Counted from the stretch's first letter, positions 19,358-29,777 are shown. The stretch: 64,000 nucleotides of DNA from Leptonemataceae bacterium (GCA_965227295.1 OZ245742.1:160001-224000); one strand, 5' to 3'. A program made the numbers and translations. Notes: generated from the sequence alone by a model not told the origin.

Positions 19358-21235
19358 GTGGTCGCATCCCGGCTGTTCGGCCAGGAGACGGAGTATGCCA
19401 TCCGTTTCTCGGCTCCGGCCGGGTCTGAGTCCGCGGAGCGCCCCGATCATTCCCTCATCTTCCACGCCTTTCGTGCGGCCGTAAAAAAGTTCGTCCGCAT
19501 CCGCCCCGGCGAGTGGTCGTTCTTCAAAGAATCCTTCTTCGTCGAGAACGGCGGCGCCTTTAACTACGAATCCCAGCCCTATGCCCCCGAGGCCGGCCTC
19601 ATCGAGGGGGCCACACCGGAATGCCGTTCGCCCCTGGAGTGCCTCGTCTACCAGCGCGCCCAGGAGCAACTGCTCCTCCGGGCCATCCCCGAGGCCGAGG
19701 CCTATTTACGACGCAAGGGTTTTCCGGGTTCCCTCGGCCTCCTGAAAAATTGCCGCGACGCCGAAGGCCACATCTACGGCGCCCAGGAAAACTACGGAAC
19801 GGACATTGCCTCGGGCCTGCGTCTCTGGCTGTATCGGATGGGGCTCGTGTTGTGCCTGCCGCTGCTGTTGTTCTGGTGGGTCCTGTATATGGGCTGCCTT
19901 ACGCTCGTCGTTACGCTGTCGCTGTTGGTACAGTTCTGTCTCTGGCTCGGCTATAGTTTGCTGCACGGCTTCTTAAGTTTTCCCGCCTGGATGTTACGCA
20001 GCGCATTCTTGCAAAAACGCGTAGACGATCTTACGGCCTTCAAGGATCGGCTGGCCGCGCGCTGGTCCATGTTCTCCGAGAGTACCGAGTTTCATCGGCT
20101 CATCGCCCGCCTGGAGTATACGATCTTCTTTCCGCCGACGCTGATTATCCTCTGGCCGTACACGCTGCTGCTGCGTCTGTGCGCCTTCGTACCCCAGCGC
20201 CGCCAGTTGACGGCGTTTTTCGCGTCCCGGGTAATCTTCACCGGCGCCGGCACGTTGCTGGAAGCCGGAGCAGATGCCGGTGGCGGCGTATTTGCCCTTT
20301 CGGAAAAGGGCACCGCCGTAAAACGCATGAATCGAATCACCATCGGTCCCGAGGACCGGCCGCTCTTCGACAACGGCAATCTGCACAAGGCCTTCATGCT
20401 GGCCGGACTGAGCACGCTGGTGTTGCGACCGGCTTCGTTCCTGGGACTCTTCACGCGCCGGTCACGTTTTCAAATCGGTATGGCCGACTCCAACCGCGCC
20501 CAGTTTGCCGAGTATTTGAAGTTCGGGACGAGCCTGTTGGTCCTGGACGCCTTCGAGGCCGGCTACTTAAAAGATGCGCCGCGCCTGCGCCGGCCGGTAC
20601 GCTCCCTGCGTGAGCTCGTCCACGATTGCAGCCTGAGCACGAGCGTGCCCGTACATCGCCTTACAACGACGGACGGCGAACGCAAACGCAACGCAAACGC
20701 CCTGGAGCTCCAGCGCTGGTACCTGGAACGCGTGCGGCAGTATCTACACGACCGCGACGCCGACGAGGGCGCGGCGTCCATTACACCGGAGCGAGTGGAG
20801 GAACGCGAGATTTTCCGGCTATGGTCGGAATGCCTGGATCTCTTAACTGACGATCCGGGAAAGTTAATCGGCCGACTGGATTGGGTTACGAAACGTTATC
20901 TCATCGAAGCCGCCGGACGCGACCTGGCCTTCTCCGCGCAGAAGAAGATCGACCTGGGCTACCACGAACTCGGCGGCGCCTATTTCGATCGCCTGGAAGC
21001 CGAGGGCATTGCACCGAAGCTCGCCCCGGACGATGCCGTGAGCACGGCCGTATTCCAGCCCTCGTCGCCGGAGCGGGTCCAGCTCCGCTCGCGTCTGATT
21101 CGGGACAGCAGTTACGGCGGGCGACGCATTACCGTATCCTGGAACCGTGTACGCATCGGCGACTGGTGGGACCGTAAGATCATCTCTCTTGATGTTTACC
21201 GCAATCAAAAGAACAAGGGCGACGGGCATCCATGA
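19358..21235 (+). CDS. PafA/PafA2-family Pup ligase with transmembrane insertion
   Basis: PafA motifs in the expected order: RLFGQETEY, NGG, IEGATPEC, KNCRDAEGHIYGAQENY, FFASRVIFTGAG, IGMADSN...LKFGT, ALELQ, LDWVTK, IDLGYHEL, RSRLI, VSWNRV. Confidence 0.88.
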   Translation: MVASRLFGQETEYAIRFSAPAGSESAERPDHSLIFHAFRAAVKKFVRIRPGEWSFFKESFFVENGGAFNYESQPYAPEAGLIEGATPECRSPLECLVYQRAQEQLLLRAIPEAEAYLRRKGFPGSLGLLKNCRDAEGHIYGAQENYGTDIASGLRLWLYRMGLVLCLPLLLFWWVLYMGCLTLVVTLSLLVQFCLWLGYSLLHGFLSFPAWMLRSAFLQKRVDDLTAFKDRLAARWSMFSESTEFHRLIARLEYTIFFPPTLIILWPYTLLLRLCAFVPQRRQLTAFFASRVIFTGAGTLLEAGADAGGGVFALSEKGTAVKRMNRITIGPEDRPLFDNGNLHKAFMLAGLSTLVLRPASFLGLFTRRSRFQIGMADSNRAQFAEYLKFGTSLLVLDAFEAGYLKDAPRLRRPVRSLRELVHDCSLSTSVPVHRLTTTDGERKRNANALELQRWYLERVRQYLHDRDADEGAASITPERVEEREIFRLWSECLDLLTDDPGKLIGRLDWVTKRYLIEAAGRDLAFSAQKKIDLGYHELGGAYFDRLEAEGIAPKLAPDDAVSTAVFQPSSPERVQLRSRLIRDSSYGGRRITVSWNRVRIGDWWDRKIISLDVYRNQKNKGDGHP

Positions 21236-21609
21236 GATTGAGCCGAACGGCGTTTGTAATCTTTCTGGGCCTGTGTTGCGGCGGCTGTTACTCCGCATCC
21301 TTCCGTCCGGCGGACGATTATCCGAACCTGCGACGGATAGACGTGCAACCAGGCGACGTCGTGCTCGTCTACGAGCGCCCGGAACGATCTTTCGTAATTC
21401 TCGGTGGTATGGAAGTTCGTGACGTCGACAGTTTGCGCGATCCGGATTTTCAGGAGTTCGTCCGGGCGGAAGCGGCCCGCCGCGGCAGTACGGGTGCCTG
21501 GGTTCTCAGCAACAGCGCGCGCACCGCGGCCCATGCGACGTTCGGTGAGTGGTTCAACCCGGGCGGCGGCATCGGCATCGTACGCGTGTTGTTGTTTCAC
21601 TTTGAGTAG
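21232..21609 (+). CDS. putative lipoprotein
   Basis: ATGA overlap with the ligase stop; MRLSRTAFVIFLGLCCGGC signal peptide with Cys candidates for lipidation. Confidence 0.7.
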   Translation: MRLSRTAFVIFLGLCCGGCYSASFRPADDYPNLRRIDVQPGDVVLVYERPERSFVILGGMEVRDVDSLRDPDFQEFVRAEAARRGSTGAWVLSNSARTAAHATFGEWFNPGGGIGIVRVLLFHFE

Positions 21610-21628
21610 CGTGAGCGTAGTTTTTTAC

Positions 21629-21960
21629 ATGTTGCTGCGCAAAGAAGACCAGGACGGCATTGCGCGTTTTTGCGATCAGATCGCCGGCGCGGTTTGCACT
21701 GCTTTGTTACTCCGACAGATGGAGGAGGAACGTCGCACGGCGGACCGCCTGCTGCTGAACGTGCTGCCGGAGGCGGTGGCCGCGGAACTTAAAGAACACG
21801 GCCGGGTCGAACCGCAAACCTACGGAACCGCGTCGGTTCTGTTCACGGACTTCAAGGGTTTCACCGCGGCTACGACGTCCGGGGCTACGACGTCCGGGGC
21901 GACGCCGTTAACGTCGCCACGCGCATGGAATCCAACAGCGATCCGCAGCGAGGTGCAGGA
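21629..21960 (+). pseudogene. internally deleted adenylate/guanylate cyclase remnant
   Basis: ADRLLLNVLPEAVAAELK...VLFTDFKGFT is joined, in another frame, directly to YDVRG-YDVRG-DAVNVATRMES; the central catalytic region is missing. Confidence 0.75.
21871..21900 (+). repeat. 15-bp tandem duplication TACGACGTCCGGGGC x2
   Basis: Exact direct repeat at 21871-21885 and 21886-21900, at the deletion junction. Confidence 0.95.
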
Positions 21961-21961
21961 A

Positions 21962-23482
21962 TCACGCCAGCTCTCCCTTCTTGACCTTGCCGTTCGGTGT
22001 TCGCGGCAAGGCATCGAGGAACGTCAGTACTCGCGGACACTTATAATCCGCTAAGTTGTTTCGCGCAAACTCTAAGACTTCCACCTCGAAGCGCGCTCGA
22101 TCCGTCGCATCCAACTGCCCGGTCGTTCGCCCGCTTCGCGCCGCATCACTCAACACCACGAACGCGCCGATCATCCGCAAATCCCGCACCTGAACCTCGC
22201 GCACGGCAACCTCGGCAATCAAATCGCAGCCCGCCAGCGCGCGCTCGACTTCCAGCGGCGACACGCGATAGCCGAAGGCGTTCATAACATCGTCGGCGCG
22301 GCCGTCATAATGAACGTAGCCGTCGGCGTCGATGCTCGCGCGATCGCCGCCGCAAAACCATTCGCCGTTTCGCAGCGGCAATTCCGGCGCCTGGTCCGGG
22401 CCGCGCCAGTAGCCGAGCATGAGCCCGGGATCGTCCCGGTGCACGGCGAGCAGGCCCGCCCCGGATTCGTCCGCCGCCTGAATCGTTACACGTCGGCCGG
22501 GCTGCGGCCGCCCCGGAAGCCCCGGCCGTACCGGCACCGCGGGGCCGCTGGAAATGTACGTGGAGATCTCGCTCATACCCAGGGCCTCGTAGAGTTCGCG
22601 CCCGGTAGCCTCTTTCCAGGCCGCATACAATTCCGGCGACAACGCCTCGCCGGCCGTAAGGCCGTGGCGCAGCTGCGAGTCACGCACTAACGTTAAGTCA
22701 CCGTACTTTAGTATGCGTCGATACAACGACGGCACCGCGGCGAAGAGGCTCGCCCCCTGTTCCTGGATCAATCGCGGCCAGACGCCCGGTTCGATCCAAC
22801 CGCGCACGAGCACGGCCGCAGCCCCCGCGGCCCAGGGATCCATCAACCCGACGCCGAGGCTGTAGGTCCAGTTGAGTTGCCCCGCATGGAGCAGGCGATC
22901 CTCCGGCCGCAGATCAATCCAACCGGGACCCGCGATCGGGCGGCGCCCGAGGATACTGCGATGCGCGTGCAGGACGCCCTTTGGTTCGCCGGTGGTCCCG
23001 CTGGTGTAAATCAAGAACGCCGGATCGTCCGCATGCGTTTCCGCGAACGATGCGCCCGGCCTCGATTCTTTAAGTTCTGAAAATGTTACATTAACATCCG
23101 AAGCACGCTTCGGCAACGGCAATCCGGGATCGCCGCACACGAGCGCCGGCCGGGCATGCTCGATCAAGAAGCGTACTTCCGGCGCGCTCAGTTGCGGCGA
23201 AACGGGAACCGGCACCAACCCCGCGGCGACGGCTCCGAAGAACGCGAAGGCGAATTCCGGCCCGTGTTCCAGGCGCACCAGCAATCGTTCCCCGCGCCCC
23301 AGCCTGCGCAGGCCCGCGGCGACCGCCAGTACCTCCGCGCGCACTTCGGCAAAACTCCACTCCCGCACCGACAACGTTCCGCTCGCCGCGACGTCGACAA
23401 ACACGAGCGCCGTATCGTCGTCCCGACGCAGGCCGTCTCGTTCCGCAAGGCAATGGGCCGCAAGATTCAACAGGCCGGACAT
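21962..23482 (-). CDS. acyl-CoA synthetase (AMP-binding enzyme)
   Basis: YTSGTTGEPKG, TAGEAL, GMSE, GRADD, VSPLEVE and LPRTPNGKV motifs. Confidence 0.93.
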   Translation of the reverse strand: MSGLLNLAAHCLAERDGLRRDDDTALVFVDVAASGTLSVREWSFAEVRAEVLAVAAGLRRLGRGERLLVRLEHGPEFAFAFFGAVAAGLVPVPVSPQLSAPEVRFLIEHARPALVCGDPGLPLPKRASDVNVTFSELKESRPGASFAETHADDPAFLIYTSGTTGEPKGVLHAHRSILGRRPIAGPGWIDLRPEDRLLHAGQLNWTYSLGVGLMDPWAAGAAAVLVRGWIEPGVWPRLIQEQGASLFAAVPSLYRRILKYGDLTLVRDSQLRHGLTAGEALSPELYAAWKEATGRELYEALGMSEISTYISSGPAVPVRPGLPGRPQPGRRVTIQAADESGAGLLAVHRDDPGLMLGYWRGPDQAPELPLRNGEWFCGGDRASIDADGYVHYDGRADDVMNAFGYRVSPLEVERALAGCDLIAEVAVREVQVRDLRMIGAFVVLSDAARSGRTTGQLDATDRARFEVEVLEFARNNLADYKCPRVLTFLDALPRTPNGKVKKGELA

Positions 23483-23580
23483 ATTTTTAGAAACGCAGCC
23501 CGCATTCCGACGTCCAGAGAAAACATCCGACCGCGCGGGAATACGTTGCTGAATTCCCCGCCGGTTGCGATACTAGCGCC

Positions 23581-25596
23581 ATGACGGTCCCCCGCGATGC
23601 GCTGAACGATCATCGCCTGTTCTTTACGGCGCAACCGTTGTTCGAGAACATCGCGCCGCGCAGTGCGGCCTTCCGCAAGTTTCTCGATCAGGTGGAGCTC
23701 GTGCTCTACGCCCGCTCCGAGGAAATCTACGAACCAGGCACGCAATCGGATTATCTCTACCTGGTCCGGGACGGCGAGGTGCACATCGTTTATGGCCAGG
23801 GAAACGGACCGGCACGCACCATCGGCATTCATGGTCGGGGCAGCATCTTCGGCGAGGTCAGCTTTCTCACGCGCGAACCGCATTCATCCTTCGCCGTCGC
23901 CACCCTGGACTCCCACATCTATCGCATCCCCGGGGAAGCCTTCGTCGAACTCATGACCGCCGAGGCCGGCGTCGGACGGGTTATGACTTCCATGTTGTCG
24001 CGCCGATTGCGGCGTTCGCTGTACGAAGAGAGCCACGCGCATCCGGCTTCGATTCATGCGTTGTTTTACCCGGAAGATCCGGAGCGCGGCAGTGAGGTCT
24101 GCGCGGCGCTGGGCGAAGCGTTGGTCCTGGAAAACCCCGGGCCGGTGTTGATCCTTACGTTGAACCCGGCCTCAATGTTCGCCCATCATGAAAACGTAAA
24201 CGGTCTTTCACGCATCTTAGAAAAGTGGCCGGCCGTTCGCATCGAAGAGATGCTCGGTTACATGGATCATCCGGCCGGCTTCGATCTGCTCGTCGCCAAC
24301 GAGGTCTACGGCATGGAGCTGAACCTCGATCGTGTGGTGCAGCTCATGCCGGATTTCCTCGGACGCCTGCGCAAGTACTACGCCACCATCCTGGTGGACG
24401 CCGGCGGTCTCGTCGAGAACCCGGTGCTCTCCCGCGTGCTCTCACAGAGCGACTACGTAATGTTCGTGCGAAACCCCCACGGGGAAAACGATTCCCGCGC
24501 GGGCCGACGCTTTCGTGAAGTCATCGCCTACTGCACGGAGCTAATGGATGATTTTTTCGAACGCGCCATCATTATCTCCGACGAATGCGAGGAGCGCCAC
24601 GGCGGCGCACCGGCGGACTGGCGCGGCTGGAATCCGAACTCGGCCCTGTACAAACGGCACATGCGATTGTCGTGCGTGAGCGGGGGGCCGGCCCATCGCA
24701 TCGAAGAACGCGCATTTCAGATCGGCATCAATCGAATCGCGCGCAAGCTCTCGGGAACCTCGCGCGGCCTCGTCCTCGGCGGCGGCGGGGCGCGGGCCTT
24801 CGCTCACATCGGCGTTATGGAAGTTCTCGACCGCGAAGGCATCGACTTCGACGCGGTGACCGGAACTTCCATGGGTGCGGTCATCGGCTGCGGCTACGCG
24901 ATGGGCCGGGACGCCTCGGAGCTGGCGTACCTCGTGAAACAGATCATCCCGGACTCCGACGCGATCCTCGATAAACGTTTGCCGCTCGTAAGTTTCTTTC
25001 GCGGCAAGAAACTGAACAAGGCGATTCTTTCCGCCTTCGGCAACACGCGCTTCGAAGACCTGGAGATTCCGTTCTACTGCAACGCCGCCGATCTCAACAC
25101 GGCCCAGAGCGTCATCTTCGAACAGGGCTTCGTCTCCACGGCCATTCGCGCTTCGGTCAGTCTGCCCGGCATCTTTCCACCGATGAAACTCGGGCCCTAC
25201 GACCTGGTGGACGGCGGCGTCCTGAATAATCTGCCGGGGGACATCTTACGCGATAAGGGCTTCAACCGCATCATCGGTGTGAACGTTACCCCGCTCGAGG
25301 ACCACCGTTCCTCGGACACCCAGGTGGAAGATCGCCCCGGCGGTCTGTTTCAAAAGATCAAAGACTATTTCAGCCTGCCCCCGATACTGAAAATCATTTA
25401 CCGTTCCACCACGATCCAGGGCATCGAGTTACTCAAGCTGCGTCTGGACGACTTCGATTACCTGTTTCACCCGGACATTGCGCCGTGGGACATCTTCGAT
25501 TTTCACCGGCGCGACGAGATCATCGAAGCCGGTCGCCGCGCGGCTTTGGATAGCCTTCAGGAAATCAAGGACACGTTGTACCGACCGCGGATGTAG
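23581..25596 (+). CDS. cNMP-binding domain / patatin-like phospholipase (NTE-like)
   Basis: N-terminal cNMP domain (FGEVSFL...PHS); [17 protein letters not shown] and DGG patatin motifs. Confidence 0.92.
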   Translation: MTVPRDALNDHRLFFTAQPLFENIAPRSAAFRKFLDQVELVLYARSEEIYEPGTQSDYLYLVRDGEVHIVYGQGNGPARTIGIHGRGSIFGEVSFLTREPHSSFAVATLDSHIYRIPGEAFVELMTAEAGVGRVMTSMLSRRLRRSLYEESHAHPASIHALFYPEDPERGSEVCAALGEALVLENPGPVLILTLNPASMFAHHENVNGLSRILEKWPAVRIEEMLGYMDHPAGFDLLVANEVYGMELNLDRVVQLMPDFLGRLRKYYATILVDAGGLVENPVLSRVLSQSDYVMFVRNPHGENDSRAGRRFREVIAYCTELMDDFFERAIIISDECEERHGGAPADWRGWNPNSALYKRHMRLSCVSGGPAHRIEERAFQIGINRIARKLSGTSRGLVLGGGGARAFAHIGVMEVLDREGIDFDAVTGTSMGAVIGCGYAMGRDASELAYLVKQIIPDSDAILDKRLPLVSFFRGKKLNKAILSAFGNTRFEDLEIPFYCNAADLNTAQSVIFEQGFVSTAIRASVSLPGIFPPMKLGPYDLVDGGVLNNLPGDILRDKGFNRIIGVNVTPLEDHRSSDTQVEDRPGGLFQKIKDYFSLPPILKIIYRSTTIQGIELLKLRLDDFDYLFHPDIAPWDIFDFHRRDEIIEAGRRAALDSLQEIKDTLYRPRM

Positions 25597-25703
25597 GCGC
25601 AACCGCGCTTCAAGAATTGAGCTTCGCGGCCGTGGCCGTTAGAATCACATGCCCGATCAGGAAACGGTTTACAGGACGCCCCCGATCCTTACGCTGGATT
25701 TGT

Positions 25704-26477
25704 ATGAAGGTGGTAATCCTCGCCGGCGGTCGCGGCACGCGGATCAGCGAAGAGAGCGTCCTGAAACCCAAGCCCATGATCGAAATCGGCGGCAAGCCGA
25801 TTCTCTGGCACATCATGAAACTCTACAGCGCTCACGGGCTGCACGACTTCATCATCTGCTGCGGTTACAGGGGCTACATCATCAAAGAATACTTCTCGAA
25901 CTACTTCCTGCACAACGCCGACGTTACGTTCGACATGGCCCGCAACGAAGTCGAAGTGCATCACAAAAAGGCCGAGCCCTGGCGCGTCACCCTCGTGGAT
26001 ACGGGCGAAGACACCATGACCGGCGGGCGCTTGGGCCGCGTGCGCGAGTACATCGGCGGCGAGACTTTTTGTTTCACTTACGGCGACGGCCTGGCCGACG
26101 TGGACATTCGTGGGTCGGTGGACTTCCATCGCAAACACGAGCGCAAGGCCACCGTAACGGCCGTGGTTCCCCCGGGACGCTTCGGCGCTCTGATCATGGG
26201 AGCCGACAACGACGTTACCGCCTTTCAGGAGAAGCCGCCCGGCGACGGCGGCTACATCAACGGTGGTTTCTTCGTGCTGGAGCCGTCAGTCATCGACTAC
26301 ATTCGCGGCGACGACGAAATCTTCGAAAAACATCCCATGGAGAGCCTGGCCCGGGACGGTGAGATGACGGCCTTTCGCCACGACGGTTTCTGGCATCCCA
26401 TGGATACCCTGCGCGACAAGAATCATCTCGAAAACCTCTGGTCGAACGGCAAGGCTCCCTGGAAACTCTGGGACTGA
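25704..26477 (+). CDS. rfbF: glucose-1-phosphate cytidylyltransferase
   Basis: [40 protein letters not shown] and [11 protein letters not shown] motifs. Confidence 0.97.
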   Translation: MKVVILAGGRGTRISEESVLKPKPMIEIGGKPILWHIMKLYSAHGLHDFIICCGYRGYIIKEYFSNYFLHNADVTFDMARNEVEVHHKKAEPWRVTLVDTGEDTMTGGRLGRVREYIGGETFCFTYGDGLADVDIRGSVDFHRKHERKATVTAVVPPGRFGALIMGADNDVTAFQEKPPGDGGYINGGFFVLEPSVIDYIRGDDEIFEKHPMESLARDGEMTAFRHDGFWHPMDTLRDKNHLENLWSNGKAPWKLWD

Positions 26478-26488
26478 GGTACAAGTAC

Positions 26489-27553
26489 ATGCCGGATCAC
26501 AGCTTCTGGAAAGACCGCCGCGTCCTCGTTACCGGTCACACCGGTTTCAAAGGCAGCTGGCTGTGCTTTTGGCTTAATATAATGGGAGCGAAAGTTAGTG
26601 GCTACGCCCTGGAGCCGCCGACGAAGCCGTCCCTGTTCGAACAACTGCAACTCGAACATGACATGGCCTCAATCATCGGCGATGTCCGCGACCTGGAAAA
26701 GGTCAGCCGCGTCTTCGAAGAAAGCCGCCCGGAAGTCGTCATTCACATGGCGGCGCAGTCCCTGGTGCGTCCTTCCTACGAGGATCCGGTACTCACCTAC
26801 GGCGTAAACCTCATGGGCACGGTGCATATTCTCGAAGCCGCCAGGGGCCGCAAAGATCTGAAAGCCGTATTGATCGTCACCACCGATAAATGCTACGAAA
26901 ACCGCGAATGGAACTGGGCCTATCGCGAGAACGAACCCATGGGCGGTTTCGATCCCTACTCCAGTTCCAAGGCCTGCGCGGAGCTGGCCACGGCCGCCTA
27001 CCGGAACTCGTTTTTCGAAAACCGTCCTGGCCCGGCGGTCGCCTCGGCCCGCGCCGGCAACGTCATCGGCGGCGGCGACCGGGCCCGGGACCGTCTCGTT
27101 CCGGACTGCCTTCACGCGCTGCTAACTGACACTCCTCTAATCTTAAGGAATCCCGCAGCCGTTCGCCCGTGGCAACACGTGCTCGAACCCCTGAGCGGTT
27201 ATCTGCGCCTGGTTGAGGCTCTCTGGGCTCGTCCCGAAGAACATGCCCGCGCTTACAACTTCGGCCCCGGCGTGGAAAGCGAGCGATCCGTGGAATGGGT
27301 GTCACGCCGGCTCTACGAAACCTACGGGAGTGAGTTTCGCTACGAGATGCCCGAGGGCGCGCAGCCCCACGAAGCGCATTCGCTGAAACTGGACTCCGCC
27401 GAAGCCCGGGTACGCCTGGGCTGGAATCCGCGCTGGGATCTGCGTACGGCGCTGGAGAAAATCGTGGACTGGACAAAGGTGGAACGCGACGAAGGAGACC
27501 TGCGCGCCGTCACCCGGGAACATATCGAGGCCTACCAACTTGCAGGCGACTGA
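26489..27553 (+). CDS. rfbG: CDP-glucose 4,6-dehydratase
   Basis: VTGHTGFKGSWL, HMAAQSLV, TTDKCYEN, DPYSSSK, ARAGNVIGGGD and RPWQHVLEPL motifs. Confidence 0.97.
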   Translation: MPDHSFWKDRRVLVTGHTGFKGSWLCFWLNIMGAKVSGYALEPPTKPSLFEQLQLEHDMASIIGDVRDLEKVSRVFEESRPEVVIHMAAQSLVRPSYEDPVLTYGVNLMGTVHILEAARGRKDLKAVLIVTTDKCYENREWNWAYRENEPMGGFDPYSSSKACAELATAAYRNSFFENRPGPAVASARAGNVIGGGDRARDRLVPDCLHALLTDTPLILRNPAAVRPWQHVLEPLSGYLRLVEALWARPEEHARAYNFGPGVESERSVEWVSRRLYETYGSEFRYEMPEGAQPHEAHSLKLDSAEARVRLGWNPRWDLRTALEKIVDWTKVERDEGDLRAVTREHIEAYQLAGD

Positions 27554-27599
27554 ACGCTAAGATGCTGGACGCCACGGCCAGGCGCTGAAATGCTCACGT

Positions 27600-29198
27600 A
27601 TGCAGAATGCCGGGAACAATCTCGCCGTCCGTAAGGGTGGACTGTATCGCATCCAGATTCCTTTCGCCGTCGACGGCAAAACCGAACACACAGCCCTGGC
27701 TCTCTGCGAGGCCACTGCCGGTGGGCTCGCAGACTTCGGCCTCCTGGCGAGCGACGGCAGCGTGGACCCGGAACAATGTTTGCGCCTCCCGGCCTCGGTA
27801 GCGATCGAAGCGATCGGGGACGCAGAAACGGCACAATTGGAGTCCGCTTTACGCGAACGCACTGTAGCCGCCGCCCGTCGACACTACGAAGTCAAACATC
27901 GCAAACATGCGGCGAGCGCAAGTCAGTCCGACGATGGACACACGGGGCCGATTCCGTACGCCGGGCGGGTCTTCGACGATGAAGACGTGGCCAACCTGGT
28001 GCACGCGTCTCTGGATTTCTGGCTTACCGCCGGCCGATTTACGGCACAGTTCGAAAAGGATATGGCAAAGTATCTGGGCCTGCGCTCGGTGCTCTTAACG
28101 AACTCGGGCTCCTCGGCCAATCTGCTCGCGTTTTCCGCGCTCACTTCACCGCTCCTGAAAGAGCGCCGCTTGCAAAAGGGAGACGAGGTCATCTCGGTGG
28201 CAGCCGGCTTTCCTTCGACCATCACACCCATCATTCAGAACGGTTGTGTCCCGGTGTTTGTGGACGTCGAGTTGCCGTACTATAACATCGATTGCTCCCA
28301 ACTGGAAGCCGCCCTTTCCCCCCGTACGCGAGCCGTCATGCTCGCGCATACTTTAGGCAATCCCTTCGATCTCGAAAAAATCCGGGCCTTTTGCGATCAG
28401 CACAACCTCTGGCTCATCGAAGACAATTGCGACGCCCTGGGTTCCGAGTACGATCTGAACGGCGAAACGAAACTTACGGGCACCATCGGCCACCTGGGCA
28501 CTTCGAGTTTTTATCCGCCGCATCACATGACCATGGGCGAGGGTGGCGCGGTCTACACCCACGATCCGCTACTCAAGCGCATCGTGGCGTCGTTCCGGGA
28601 CTGGGGACGGGACTGCTGGTGCGATCCGGGCATGGACAATACCTGCGGCAAACGATTTGACTGGTCCCTCGGCGAACTACCCGCGGGCTACGATCACAAG
28701 TACATCTACTCGCACTTCGGCTACAATCTCAAAGTTACCGACATGCAGGCGGCGGTCGGCTGTAGTCAGTTACAAAAGTTGCCCTCGTTCGTAGCCGCCC
28801 GCCGCAAGAACTGGGAGTACCTGCGCGCAAACCTGAACGAGCTGCAAGACGTCATGGTTCTGCCCGAGCCCGCACCGAACTCGCGTCCGAGCTGGTTCGG
28901 TTTTCTGCTTACGATTCGCCCGGAAAGCGGCCTGCGCCGGGAGGCGATCGTCCGCCACCTGGAGTCGAAGGGCATCCAGACCCGCATGTTGTTCGCGGGT
29001 AACTTTCTGCGGCATCCGGCCTTCGACGATCTGCGTGGGAACAAGCAGGCCTACCGCGTTATCGGCGATCTACCGGTGACCGACACGATCATGAACCATA
29101 CGTTCTGGGTGGGCGTGTACCCGGGGATGACCGAAGCCATGCTGGAAGTGATGGTTAAAGAACTGAAATCGGCGACTCAGAGCGGTGTTACACACTAA
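27600..29198 (+). CDS. rfbH: CDP-4-keto-6-deoxy-D-glucose 3-dehydrase (E1) with N-terminal extension
   Basis: [47 protein letters not shown] (His in place of Lys), RDWGRDCWC...NTC and YDHKY motifs. Confidence 0.93.
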   Translation: MQNAGNNLAVRKGGLYRIQIPFAVDGKTEHTALALCEATAGGLADFGLLASDGSVDPEQCLRLPASVAIEAIGDAETAQLESALRERTVAAARRHYEVKHRKHAASASQSDDGHTGPIPYAGRVFDDEDVANLVHASLDFWLTAGRFTAQFEKDMAKYLGLRSVLLTNSGSSANLLAFSALTSPLLKERRLQKGDEVISVAAGFPSTITPIIQNGCVPVFVDVELPYYNIDCSQLEAALSPRTRAVMLAHTLGNPFDLEKIRAFCDQHNLWLIEDNCDALGSEYDLNGETKLTGTIGHLGTSSFYPPHHMTMGEGGAVYTHDPLLKRIVASFRDWGRDCWCDPGMDNTCGKRFDWSLGELPAGYDHKYIYSHFGYNLKVTDMQAAVGCSQLQKLPSFVAARRKNWEYLRANLNELQDVMVLPEPAPNSRPSWFGFLLTIRPESGLRREAIVRHLESKGIQTRMLFAGNFLRHPAFDDLRGNKQAYRVIGDLPVTDTIMNHTFWVGVYPGMTEAMLEVMVKELKSATQSGVTH

Positions 29199-29204
29199 TC
29201 GTAT

Positions 29205-29777
29205 ATGTTCGAATCCTTAGAACGCACGGCCATACCCGGATGTTTCTTGCTGCGGCCCGTGGTTCGCGGCGACTCACGGGGTACCTTCGTTAAGACGTTC
29301 CACAACGAAACCTTCTCACAACACAGCCTGGCCGATCGCTTCACCGAAGAGTACTTCTCGATTTCGAAGCAGGGCGTGCTCCGCGGCCTGCACTTCCAGC
29401 TTCCGCCCCACGATCATGCGAAGCTCGTGTGCGTGCTGCGCGGCCGCATCCATGACGTCGTCGTAGATTTACGGCGGGGCTCACCGACATACGGAAAACA
29501 TGCGAGCTTCGAAATCTCCGCCGACCTCGACGGCTACTGTATGCTTTACATTCCCCGCGGCCTGGCCCACGGTTTTTTCGCGCGGGAAGATCAGACGATC
29601 ATGCTCTATCATTGCACTACGGTCTACGCGCCCGACAGCGACACCGGTATACGCTGGGATTCGGCGGGTATCGACTGGCCCCTGGCCGGCATGACACCAA
29701 TTCTTTCGGAGCGGGACCGGACTTTCCCGGGCCTGGCGGAGTTTGATTCGCCGTTCCTGTACGAGGAACAAACATGA
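29205..29777 (+). CDS. NDP-4-keto-6-deoxyhexose epimerase (RmlC/RfbC family)
   Basis: DSRGTFVK, VLRGLHFQ, KLV...DVVVDLRRGSPTYG, GLAHGF and LSERD motifs. Confidence 0.92.
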   Translation: MFESLERTAIPGCFLLRPVVRGDSRGTFVKTFHNETFSQHSLADRFTEEYFSISKQGVLRGLHFQLPPHDHAKLVCVLRGRIHDVVVDLRRGSPTYGKHASFEISADLDGYCMLYIPRGLAHGFFAREDQTIMLYHCTTVYAPDSDTGIRWDSAGIDWPLAGMTPILSERDRTFPGLAEFDSPFLYEEQT

